NCBI GenBank assembly: GCA_965262725.1
Contig: OZ253555.1
Location: 2,592,001 to 2,656,000 of the forward strand
DNA: 64,000 nt
DNA from: Dehalococcoidia bacterium
GTDB lineage: Bacteria; Chloroflexota; Dehalococcoidia; UBA2979
Reading direction: 5' to 3'
The translations under genes and the position numbers were made by a program. Each line of letters begins with the position of its first letter. Within the stretch, counting starts at the first letter, position 1. The notes beneath the pieces are model-generated. The model was not told the origin of the DNA and ran no database searches. It worked only from the letters and a program-made list of their open reading frames with translations. Positions 1 through 8,404 of this stretch are shown in pieces.

Positions 1-69
1 TCGTTCGGTGGATTCGAGCTAATGGGCTCCGACTGGTGACCTGGAGCGATCTGGGAGACTGGTCCCAGG

Positions 70-1075
70 CCCGCCAGCCGGGGACCTCGTAGGGCTCGCC
101 GTCCCAGGGAGCGAGGAGAGGGAGCTCCTCCTCCCGGAAGACCTCGAGCGGCCGGCGGCGGGTCGTGCCGTGGATGCGCTGTCCCGCCACCTCCAGGCAC
201 CAGCTGCGGGCGGCGGAGCGCAGGTCGACGACGTCCCGGAAGTCGCCGCCCTTGAAGAGGCGCTCGCGCACGTAGGGGATGCTGCGTTCGACGCGCGGCT
301 TGTCGCGGGGATGACGCACGCGCGCCGGGTCGGTGATGAAGCCTCTGTGGCGGGCGTACTCGAGGAAGCCCCGGGTGAGCCGCGGGTGCAGCGCGTCGGC
401 CCCGGCCACGGCGGCCGGGAAGTTATCGATGACGAGGTAGCGCGGCACGCCCCCGAAGAAGGCCCAGGCCTCCTCCAGGCCCTCGATCACGGCGTCCAGC
501 TTCTGGCTGGTGGTGGGCCACACAAAGCAGTGGCGTGAGTAGCGCCAGACGACGACCAGCGCCCACACCGCGCGCCGGCGGCCGCTCTCGGGGTCCCGGA
601 TGAAGCCGAGGCGGCCGAAGTCCATCTCCGCCACCTCGCCCGGCGGCCCGTCGTCCATGCGCACGGTCGACGGCAGCCGGTGGCGCCAGCCGCGGCGCCG
701 GATGAAACGCCGCAGCGTGGTGTAGGAGACCTCGCAGCCTCGTCCGGCGAGGAGCTCCTGGATGCGCGTCAGTTGCAGGCGGTCGGTCTCAAGCCAGCGC
801 TCGATCTGCTCCGCCCAGGGCGAGAGCAGCTCCTCGCTCGGCGCCTCGACCTGCCGCGGGCCGGAGAGGCTCAGCGTCGCCAGCGCGGCGAGCTGCTCCT
901 CACTCGGCTCGGGACCGCCCGGCGTGAGGCCGGCCGCCTCGGCCGCCTCGACGTAGCGGCGCACCGTCACGCGCGATAGCCCCGTGCCGCTGGCGATGCG
1001 GCGCTGGCTGAGCCCCGCCTGCCAGCGTCGAATGATCTCCTGGATCTCCACCCCGTGTACCTCCCGGTAGGCCAT
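70..1075 (-). pseudogene. istA: IS21-family transposase IstA, C-terminally truncated
   Basis: Manual translation from ATG 1075: MAYREVHGVEIQEIIRRWQAGLSQRRIA (HTH) ... PPGEVAEMDFG ... GVPRYLVIDN ... PRDKPRVER (DDE core). IstA-like sequence stops after EPYEVPGWR at about 70. Confidence 0.85.
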
Positions 1076-1150
1076 CGCTGCTCCCTCCGCTGGGGATGCA
1101 GGCGATGGTGGCCGTACCGGCGACCCGGGCGGGCAGGAGCCCCTGACGGG

Positions 1151-1232
1151 GTGGATCAATGACCCTGGCGAAGTGGATCAATGACCCTGGCGATCTGGCG
1201 ATTTCGTGGTCTATAGACCTTGGCGATTCACA
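1151..1232 (-). mobile_element. IS21 left end with repeated transposase-binding sites
   Basis: Minus strand begins TGTGAATCGCCAAGG at 1232. GTGGATCAATGACCCTGGCGA occurs at 1151 and 1173, with a variant at 1206. It lies upstream of istA. Confidence 0.8.
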
Positions 1233-1345
1233 TGCTGAGCGACGGCTCCTGGCTCCGGCCCGCCCCCGGCGCCGCCCGGCGAACGCCGGCACGCCCGCCG
1301 AACTCTCCGGCAGCCCGACACCCCGCGTCGTCAAGCTTCGTTCGG

Positions 1346-3262
1346 TTCGCGGTAGGGATGCCGGTTGCCCGGCACCCCCCGCACAGATCCGGACGTGCCC
1401 TCTCGGGCATCCGGCTCCTACCTCAAGTGCGTGACGGCAAATCGCTCCGCAGGCCACGGGTGAAGGATGGAGATTCGGGGCCAGTGTTTCTGGCACAGGG
1501 CAAGGATGCGCTCCCACGTGAAACGGTCGCGCTGCGACCGCCGTCGGAGAACGCGCAGCCAGAGCCGCTTCACGAAACGAACAAACCGCGTGAGCGCCGG
1601 CGAGCTGGTCGGCACCGCGTAGTAGCCAAGCCACCCACGCAGTACCCGCCCCAGCCACTGCCCCGTCGTCACGGGGTTGTCGTGCATGCGCCGCCACAAC
1701 TCGGCCTTGATGACCTTCAGCGTCCGGCGCATCCGCTTCGCAACGGGCTTGCGCCCCAGCCCGAATCTCCCGTCGCGTCGGGTCCGGCAGTAGTGCGTCA
1801 TGCCGAGAAAGTCGAACGTTTCCGGTCGGCCCTCCCCGCGCTTCCGCCTGTTCGCCAGCGCGAACCTGCCGAACTCAAGTAGACGGGTCTTCTCCGGGTG
1901 CAGCTCCAGCCCGTAGGCCGCGAACCGCTCCCGGAGTGCCTCCATGAACCGCACCGCATCGCTGCGGTGCTGGAAACCCAGGACGAAGTCATCGGCATAC
2001 CGCACGATGTACGCCTCGCCCCGGACCTCCCGCGGTCGCCACTCGCGCGCAAACCAGTCGTCGAGCACGTTGTGCAGGTACACGTTCGCAAGCAGCGGCG
2101 ATATCGGCGCCCCCTGCGGCATCCCCCGCACGAAATCGACTTCCGGCTCCGCGTCCATGACGCCGACGCTCAGCCACTTTCGTATCAGGCGCAACACCCG
2201 CTGGTCCCCGATGCGCATCTCCAGAAACGACATCAGCCGCCCCCGGTCGATGCTGCCGAAGAACTCCCGGATGTCCACCTCGACAATCCAGCTGACCTTG
2301 CGCCGTTCGACCGCGTAGGCCAGTGCGTCCAGCGCGTCATGCGCCGAACGCCCCGGCCTGAAGCCATGCGAGAAGCCGTAGTAGCCCGATTCGTAAATCG
2401 GGTTCAAAAGATTGTCCACCACCGCCCGCTGAACGATCTTGTCCTCCAGCGAGACGATACCGAGCGGCCGTATTCCCCCGTCCGGCTTGGGTATCTCTAC
2501 CCGCCTGACGGGCTTCGCCCGGTACGCTCCACGGTGTACGCGGCCATGCAGGTCGAGCAATCGCTCGTCCAGCCCGTCCCCGTATTCTCGCCACCTCACC
2601 CCGTCCACGCCCGGAGCCGCATCCCGCTTCAACGCGAGATACGCCTCCCGCAGCGCCTCCGGCGTGATGTGGTGCAAGAGCGCGGTGAGTTTCTCTCCCG
2701 GCTTCCGTTCCACGAACTGCCGTATCCTCTCCGCTCCGGGTGACACCGCACCCCGACTCTGCGTCCGGACCGTGCCGGTGCTTTGAGGATTCCTCTCGGT
2801 TGGGGCCCTTTGCTCCAGCGACTCCGCCGGGGCTCGCGCCCCCTTGTTCGCCGCCTTCATCGCTCGTACGGCCCCATCAGACTGCTGCGCATCGTTCATC
2901 ATCGGCTACGGTTTACGTCCCTTCCCGACGCGGTCCCGGCGTACGACTCGTCGGGACAACGCGCAGCTCTCCCAAGTCCCGGCGATAGACGTGTGTGCGT
3001 GCATGGGGTCTTCGACACCGTGGGGCCCGACCACGACTCGCCAGTAGCGCCGTCGCCGGTATTGCCTTCGACCAATCCAAGAGCCTCGGCACCCCAAATG
3101 GCCCTTTCGATGCTCATTAGCCCCGCCCGCACACCCCGCTGCCGACGCTTCACAAGCCGCCTCGCGACGACCCGCGCACGGCTCGCGGAATGACATGAGT
3201 GGCTAGCTCTTTGCCATAGAGGACTTCCACCTCCTGCCTACTCGCCAGTTAGCCTGGCGCTC
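1346..3262 (-). mobile_element. Group II intron (bacterial class E-like), full length
   Basis: 5' end GAGCGCCAGGCTAACTGGCG; DV/DVI GAGCCGGATGCCCGAGAGGGCACGTCCGGATC...CCCTACCGCGAA. EBS1 UGGAUU (3074-3079) is complementary to the 5' exon end AATCCA. An intron-free copy of the target is at 1-22. Confidence 0.92.
1418..2902 (-). CDS. ltrA: Group II intron reverse transcriptase/maturase, no En domain; true start probably downstream of the listed ATG
   Basis: TALLHHI, APGVDG, RPLGI, PQGAPISPLLAN, YADD, FDFLG, X domain, ending ILHPWP. Confidence 0.95.
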   Translation of the reverse strand: MMNDAQQSDGAVRAMKAANKGARAPAESLEQRAPTERNPQSTGTVRTQSRGAVSPGAERIRQFVERKPGEKLTALLHHITPEALREAYLALKRDAAPGVDGVRWREYGDGLDERLLDLHGRVHRGAYRAKPVRRVEIPKPDGGIRPLGIVSLEDKIVQRAVVDNLLNPIYESGYYGFSHGFRPGRSAHDALDALAYAVERRKVSWIVEVDIREFFGSIDRGRLMSFLEMRIGDQRVLRLIRKWLSVGVMDAEPEVDFVRGMPQGAPISPLLANVYLHNVLDDWFAREWRPREVRGEAYIVRYADDFVLGFQHRSDAVRFMEALRERFAAYGLELHPEKTRLLEFGRFALANRRKRGEGRPETFDFLGMTHYCRTRRDGRFGLGRKPVAKRMRRTLKVIKAELWRRMHDNPVTTGQWLGRVLRGWLGYYAVPTSSPALTRFVRFVKRLWLRVLRRRSQRDRFTWERILALCQKHWPRISILHPWPAERFAVTHLR

Positions 3263-3276
3263 TGGATTCGAGCTAA

Positions 3277-3338
3277 GCCAGTCCTCAAGGGTCACTTCCG
3301 AGGCCCTGTACGTGTCGCTACTACTCGGTGATACGACA
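3277..3338 (-). mobile_element. Possible truncated IS481-like end
   Basis: Minus strand TGTCGTATCACCGAGTAGTAGCGACAC (TGT start); no transposase follows. Confidence 0.3.
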
Positions 3339-3414
3339 GTCTAGTGCGCCATGCCCGACGGACGGGGCGCCGCGGTGGCCGACCGGTCTACGCGTGGTGC
3401 CCCCGGCGCCGGGG

Positions 3415-3720
3415 TTACGGCTCCTGTTCGCGATCACGCGCCTCGAGCGTCCTGGGGTCGCGGGTCACGAGCCACTTGAAGAGCGCCTCCAGTTCGGTGG
3501 GCTCGAGTCCGTGGGTGTCGAACCAGAGGTCCCGGAAGCGGAAGTACGTGCGGATCGCCTCGTCGTGATCGCCCGCTGAGCGGTGGATCCCGATCAGGGC
3601 GCGCACCGCGTTCTCGTCCAGCGGGTCGGCGTCGAGCGCCACGTCGATCGCCCGCCGTGCCGCCGGCAGATCGCCGCACGCGATCTGCTCACCGATGTAC
3701 TCCCCGAGCACGTGACGGGT
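3415..3720 (-). pseudogene. BTAD/TPR (SARP-type activator) C-terminal fragment
   Basis: ALDADPLDENAVRALIGIHRSAGDHDEAIRTYFRF...GLEP. Confidence 0.6.
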
Positions 3721-3739
3721 GCCTCCCCACGGCTCAGGG

Positions 3740-3927
3740 ACAGTGGCGGCCGCGCGTGGACGGATGCGCCAGCTCGCGCCGACCGGGGACATCAACGGGG
3801 TCCGCAAGGTCTTCAAGGTGCTGACCGAGTCGCTGCGGGAGCTGGACGACCCGCGGGCCGGGCCCGCCCAGGAGAGGAGGGAGCTGCTCGCCGAACTCCT
3901 GGCCCGGGAGAAGGGGTGGTGGTGTGA
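3740..3927 (+). pseudogene. Second BTAD C-terminal fragment
   Basis: AAARGRMRQLAPTGDINGVRKVFKVLTESLRELDDPRAGP. Confidence 0.45.
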
Positions 3928-4481
3928 CCGGGCACACTGCGGGCGGGCGCCCTGCGTGGCTGATGAGGGCCCGGGAGCCGTGGGCCGTGTACCCGGTGCT
4001 CCCGGGAGCAGCCCTCATGGCCGGGGCGATCCTGGGGATGCGCGGGCGGGAGCCTGTGGAGATCGCTTCGGGCGCGGGCTTCAGTGCGATCTTCGTGGCG
4101 CTGGACTGGTCGGACCTCCGCCGCCGCGTCATCCCGAACCGGATCGTCTACCCGGCGCTGGTCCTGGAGCTCGCCGCCTTCGGTGACTGGCCCGAGCGCG
4201 GATTCGCCGAGGCGCTCGCGGGCGGGCTCGGCGCGCTCGCCGTCGCGATCGCCACCCGCGGACTGAGCGGCGGCGGCCTCGGCGGCGGGGACGTGAAGAT
4301 GGCCGCGCTGATGGGAGCGGTCGTGGGCTACCCGGGGGTGCTGTCGGCCGGACTCTGGGCCGCGTGCGCGGGAGGCGTGACCGCTGCGGCGCTGCCGGCC
4401 ACGCGGCGAGCCGGGTGGGGTGCGCGAGTGCCCTACGGGCCGTTCCTCGCGCTCGGCGCGATCGCCGCGTTGGTGGGCTGA
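3924..4481 (+). CDS. Prepilin peptidase (A24 family)
   Basis: SDLRRRVIPN, GGGDVKMAALMG, VPYGPFLALGA; multiple TM segments. Confidence 0.88.
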   Translation: MTGHTAGGRPAWLMRAREPWAVYPVLPGAALMAGAILGMRGREPVEIASGAGFSAIFVALDWSDLRRRVIPNRIVYPALVLELAAFGDWPERGFAEALAGGLGALAVAIATRGLSGGGLGGGDVKMAALMGAVVGYPGVLSAGLWAACAGGVTAAALPATRRAGWGARVPYGPFLALGAIAALVG

Positions 4482-4744
4482 TGCTGCTCGTAGGCACCAG
4501 CGAACGGTCGCGGAAATGGTGTGACCCACCCTGGACGTACTCGTCACTCTCCACACGCTCGTCACTTTCCGCACGCCCCTGGGACGGCTCGCACGACGCC
4601 CCCGGCGTCCGCGTCGACTGGGACTATGCGTCGAGATCCGGGGACACCGGTGCCCACGGCGGAGACACGTTCTACTTCAACTGGGACGGGAACCCCCAGA
4701 GCGGTCCTGCCTGCCCCGGCAGACTCTCGGACGAGACAACCCGA

Positions 4745-4979
4745 GTGGTCTCATCCGAACGCCTGCTGGCGACAGGTGGATGTTGGTGTGGCTGCGGTGC
4801 CGAGACCACGATCGGCTCCTTCTTCTGCCGGCCACGACAAGACCGTCGAGTCCGACGTGATCTCGGTCGAGTTTGGCGGCGTTCCTGAGTTCCCGCTTCA
4901 GCACGGCTACGGCCCTGCGGGCAAGAACGCCGCACGCGAGGTGTCGAAGTGGCGCGCCGAGGGCGATGAGGTGCGATGA
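4745..4979 (+). pseudogene. Small Cys-motif hypothetical protein, frameshifted near 4827
   Basis: GGCWCGCGAETTIGSFF continues in another frame as GHDKTVESDVISVEFGGVPEF..HGYGP. Confidence 0.45.
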
Positions 4980-5061
4980 CCACGAGCCGACGCGGACGGA
5001 GAGACTCCGGCGGGGAGACCCGACCGTGCGGGAACGGCAACGTGGCCGACTACCGTTGCGA

Positions 5062-5156
5062 CTACTGGCGGATGGCCGACGCCCTGCGCGGCAGCATGGA
5101 CGCCGCCGACTACAAGCATGTCGACCTCGGGCTGATCTTCCTCAAGTACGTCTCCG
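5062..5156 (+). pseudogene. hsdM: Type I R-M HsdM N-terminal fragment
   Basis: [30 protein letters not shown]. Confidence 0.8.
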
Positions 5157-5306
5157 GAATCGTCGCAACTCGTGCTCGCCGATAGGCGGGGGAGCGGCAG
5201 TCGGCCGACTGTGGCGCCACTCCAACGACCGGAGGCATCTCGCCTGCTACGAAGCGGGCGAGTAGACTGCGGACTCTAGTCGCGGTGAGTGACCGGCAGG
5301 CGTTGC

Positions 5307-7766
5307 ATGACGATCAATGAGTCCGCACTTGCCCGCCTGAAGTCGCAGCTCGCGCGGGGGGAGATCGTACTCTTCACCGGCGCAGGCTTCTCAAGCGGAG
5401 CCAAAGACCGTACAGGCTTGAACGTACCAGGTTCCACGCAGCTCGCTGAAGAACTATGGTCGCTCAGCTTCCCTGATAGGCCTTTTGATATAGCCGCCCG
5501 TCTTGGCGACATTGTTGAGGCGGCGCGACGACGTAATCGGCGCGGCCTGGCGGCAGCCCTAGAAAGGCGCCTGAGCGTCGACCCGGCCAGCATTCCAGAC
5601 AGCTACCGGATATGGTTCTCGGCTCCATGGCGCCGGTGCTACACCCTCAACGTTGACAATATCGAGGTTGCGGTTTCGAATCGCTTTGATATTCCACGAT
5701 CAATACGGTCATTCAGTGCTACGACGACAACGGATATCGCACAGCCTCACGAGGACGTGCTTGAGGTCGTGCACTTGAATGGGATGGTCGGGGATGCTCT
5801 CGACTCTCTGACATTCTCAGAATTCGACTACGGCCTCCGGCAGACGCAGCCGGATGCTTGGTTCAGCAACTGTACCGCTGACATCTTATCGAAGCCGGTG
5901 GTTTTCGTGGGTACGGAACTGCGCGAACCTACGATTTGGCAGTACTTGAGCTACCGGCAATCCAAAGGAGTCCGCGGGACGCATGAATACCGGCCCGGCT
6001 CCTATCTCGTGGTTCCCAAACTGGACGCAGCTCGTATTCTCATGCTGGACAACCTGAATATCACGCACGTTCCACTCGACGCGGAAGGCTTCGCTGAGAT
6101 CTTAGCCTCGCTCACTGAAGAGACTGCTCGTGGCTTGCGAGCCCTCGGCGAAAGGGTCGACTCCGCAGCACTGCACCGACGTCCCAGCCGCGTGAGCGAA
6201 CTCGTCGGTGAGAAGGCGCGCCCGGATCGTGAGTACCTTCTCGGCGACGAACCGACTTGGTCCGACTTGACAGAGGGTATTGCGGCGGTTCGTCAATTCG
6301 ACACTGAGCTAGCCGACACTGCACTAGCTGCCCTCCGTCGCGAGGAGACTCTCGAGCCAGTACTTATTACCGGCACGGCAGGCTCCGGTAAGAGCACGAG
6401 TCTGATGAGCCTGGGGCTACGCCTTACTGCAGCCGGAATTCCCAGCTATTGGATCGATGAGACGTTCGACATTCGGCCGGCGGCAATTAGTGAAATCCCT
6501 AGGATCGAGGAAGGTCCTGTTGCGATCTTAATTGATGACATTGACCTGTGGGGTGGAATAGGCGCGTCATGGATCCGAGATATTCCTCCCACTAGGCCGA
6601 GTGTTCTTCTAGTGGCAGCGCTACGTTCCGCTCGTGTCGAAGGGCGCTTTGACAGCACAGCCTTGGGCGGCGTCCGCACGGTCACTGCGCCAATGCCACC
6701 ACTTGACGACGGCGATATACGCAGCATCTTGGCGACTTTGAAGTTGCATAATCGCCTGGGCGTTCTTCGTGGCATGAGTACGCAGGACCAGGTCCAAGCA
6801 TTCAAGATGAAGGCCGGACGGCAATTGTTGGTAGCGATGATAGAAGCTACCTCAGGTGTCAGCCTCCGTGAGAAGGTCTATGAGGAGTTCAGTCAGCTAC
6901 AGGAGGCAGAACGCCTCCTGTATGCAATTGTGTGCGTAGTTACGTCGCAGCGATATAGTATGGACAGAGAAGGCCTACTGCTTGCGGTCGGAGACGCAAC
7001 TAATAGCACTCTCAATGCTCTTGAGAGTTTAGTGCGTAGCCATCTAATTACCCGCGAGACAATACACGCCGGTTACCAAGCTCGGCACCGCGTAATCGCC
7101 GATGAGGTTGTAACCGAGATGCGTAACGGCAATCTTGCGCGTCAAGCCCTCAGTGGAATCTGCTTCATGCTCGCGACACGTGTGAGGCGCGATACTGAGA
7201 CACAAAGTCGTCCATTCCGACAACTCATCCGCTTCATCAACCATGACTATCTGTTCCGGATGGCCGGGGCTGAGACTGCACGTGATATCTATCAGGATAT
7301 TGAATCCCTCCTCAGTTGGGACTATCAGTACTGGCTCCAGCGAGGCAGTCTCGAACTCGAGAATGATGGCTTGTCACTCGCGGAAAACTTCCTCGGTCAA
7401 GCACGCAGCATGGCCAGCGGGCATCCCCAAGTCGAGACCGCATACGCTCATCTACTCTTGAAGAAGGCCGCAGCTGAGCCTAGCCATCCAGAGGCACCGC
7501 AGTGGTACGACAATGGGAAGCGCATCCTGACGGCATTGATTGCCAGCTCGGGACGCACCGACAGCTACGCCTACCACATTCTGGGAAGTCAGACGATCTC
7601 ATGGGTTCGTCGCGAACAGTTGACGCGTGAGGCTTCGCGCGATCTACTTGGCGAGGTGCGCCTTCTTGTGCGCGAGGGTGTTCGCAACCATCCTTCGCAT
7701 TCGCAGCTTAGGAGACTCGAAGAGGATCTGGGACGCGAGTGGCTGATGACCGCAGTTAGTGAGTAG
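5307..7766 (+). CDS. SIR2-like NADase + STAND-type P-loop NTPase + TPR-like region (Avs-like antiphage protein)
   Basis: LFTGAGFS, YTLNVD, VHLNG, VFVGT (SIR2_2); GTAGSGKST Walker A; ILIDD Walker B; helical C-terminus YWLQRGSLELE; lower GC than flanks. Confidence 0.85.
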   Translation: MTINESALARLKSQLARGEIVLFTGAGFSSGAKDRTGLNVPGSTQLAEELWSLSFPDRPFDIAARLGDIVEAARRRNRRGLAAALERRLSVDPASIPDSYRIWFSAPWRRCYTLNVDNIEVAVSNRFDIPRSIRSFSATTTTDIAQPHEDVLEVVHLNGMVGDALDSLTFSEFDYGLRQTQPDAWFSNCTADILSKPVVFVGTELREPTIWQYLSYRQSKGVRGTHEYRPGSYLVVPKLDAARILMLDNLNITHVPLDAEGFAEILASLTEETARGLRALGERVDSAALHRRPSRVSELVGEKARPDREYLLGDEPTWSDLTEGIAAVRQFDTELADTALAALRREETLEPVLITGTAGSGKSTSLMSLGLRLTAAGIPSYWIDETFDIRPAAISEIPRIEEGPVAILIDDIDLWGGIGASWIRDIPPTRPSVLLVAALRSARVEGRFDSTALGGVRTVTAPMPPLDDGDIRSILATLKLHNRLGVLRGMSTQDQVQAFKMKAGRQLLVAMIEATSGVSLREKVYEEFSQLQEAERLLYAIVCVVTSQRYSMDREGLLLAVGDATNSTLNALESLVRSHLITRETIHAGYQARHRVIADEVVTEMRNGNLARQALSGICFMLATRVRRDTETQSRPFRQLIRFINHDYLFRMAGAETARDIYQDIESLLSWDYQYWLQRGSLELENDGLSLAENFLGQARSMASGHPQVETAYAHLLLKKAAAEPSHPEAPQWYDNGKRILTALIASSGRTDSYAYHILGSQTISWVRREQLTREASRDLLGEVRLLVREGVRNHPSHSQLRRLEEDLGREWLMTAVSE

Positions 7767-8024
7767 CCCGACAGCTCGCAATGGAGCGGAACAAGGACCA
7801 GCTTCTCCCACTTGCCTTCGATGCCTCGTGCGGGTGAGCCACCGGAGCCGCTGGCGCGATTGCCCAGAATCGGGCTCGACGGTGACACGTTGTCCGAGCA
7901 GTCCGGAGCGAAGCTGGGTGCCCTCGGGCTAGATGGTCTCCGAGCGGCTGGCTCGACAGTGGTTCCGGCGTCCAGGCGCTCCGTTGCCGGGATGTAGCTG
8001 CGGACGGCGACGCGGGAGATCCCG

Positions 8025-8066
8025 TGGGGCGCACGCCGGGAAGGACTCGGACCCTCGAGCCTCAGT
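8025..8066 (-). pseudogene. Degenerate tRNA-Arg(TCG) 3' fragment (old att site)
   Basis: gcgcacgccgggaaggactcggaccctcgagcctcagt aligns to 14730-14767 with a few changes. Confidence 0.6.
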
Positions 8067-8404
8067 CCATGAATATGGGGTTCCGAGTAGTTGGCCGACG
8101 GCCTGAGCGCATCGGGAGACGCGGATTCACCCCCGGCTCACGGACGCAAGCTCCTCGCGCCGTCGAGTGGAGCCCCGTGCGACCTGCTGGCGGAGCCAAG
8201 AATCGAACAAGGAGAAGCACGGCTTCATCCGAATCCTCGTGGTTGCGGGGAAGATTGCCTCTGGGATCGTTCCGCGGCTAGTAAGGTTGATGCGCGGCCC
8301 ATCGAGTGTCCCGGGGCTCGTCCAACGCCGCGTCGGTTCGCTTTCATTGTCATCCAGCCAGCACAAGTTCGAGAGCGTGGCGACCGTCGTTGCGCCGGGC
8401 ACGA

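Noticed and set aside
1418-2902. RT as a retron, DGR or defence RT
   Set aside because: It has a maturase X domain and is embedded in a complete group II intron RNA
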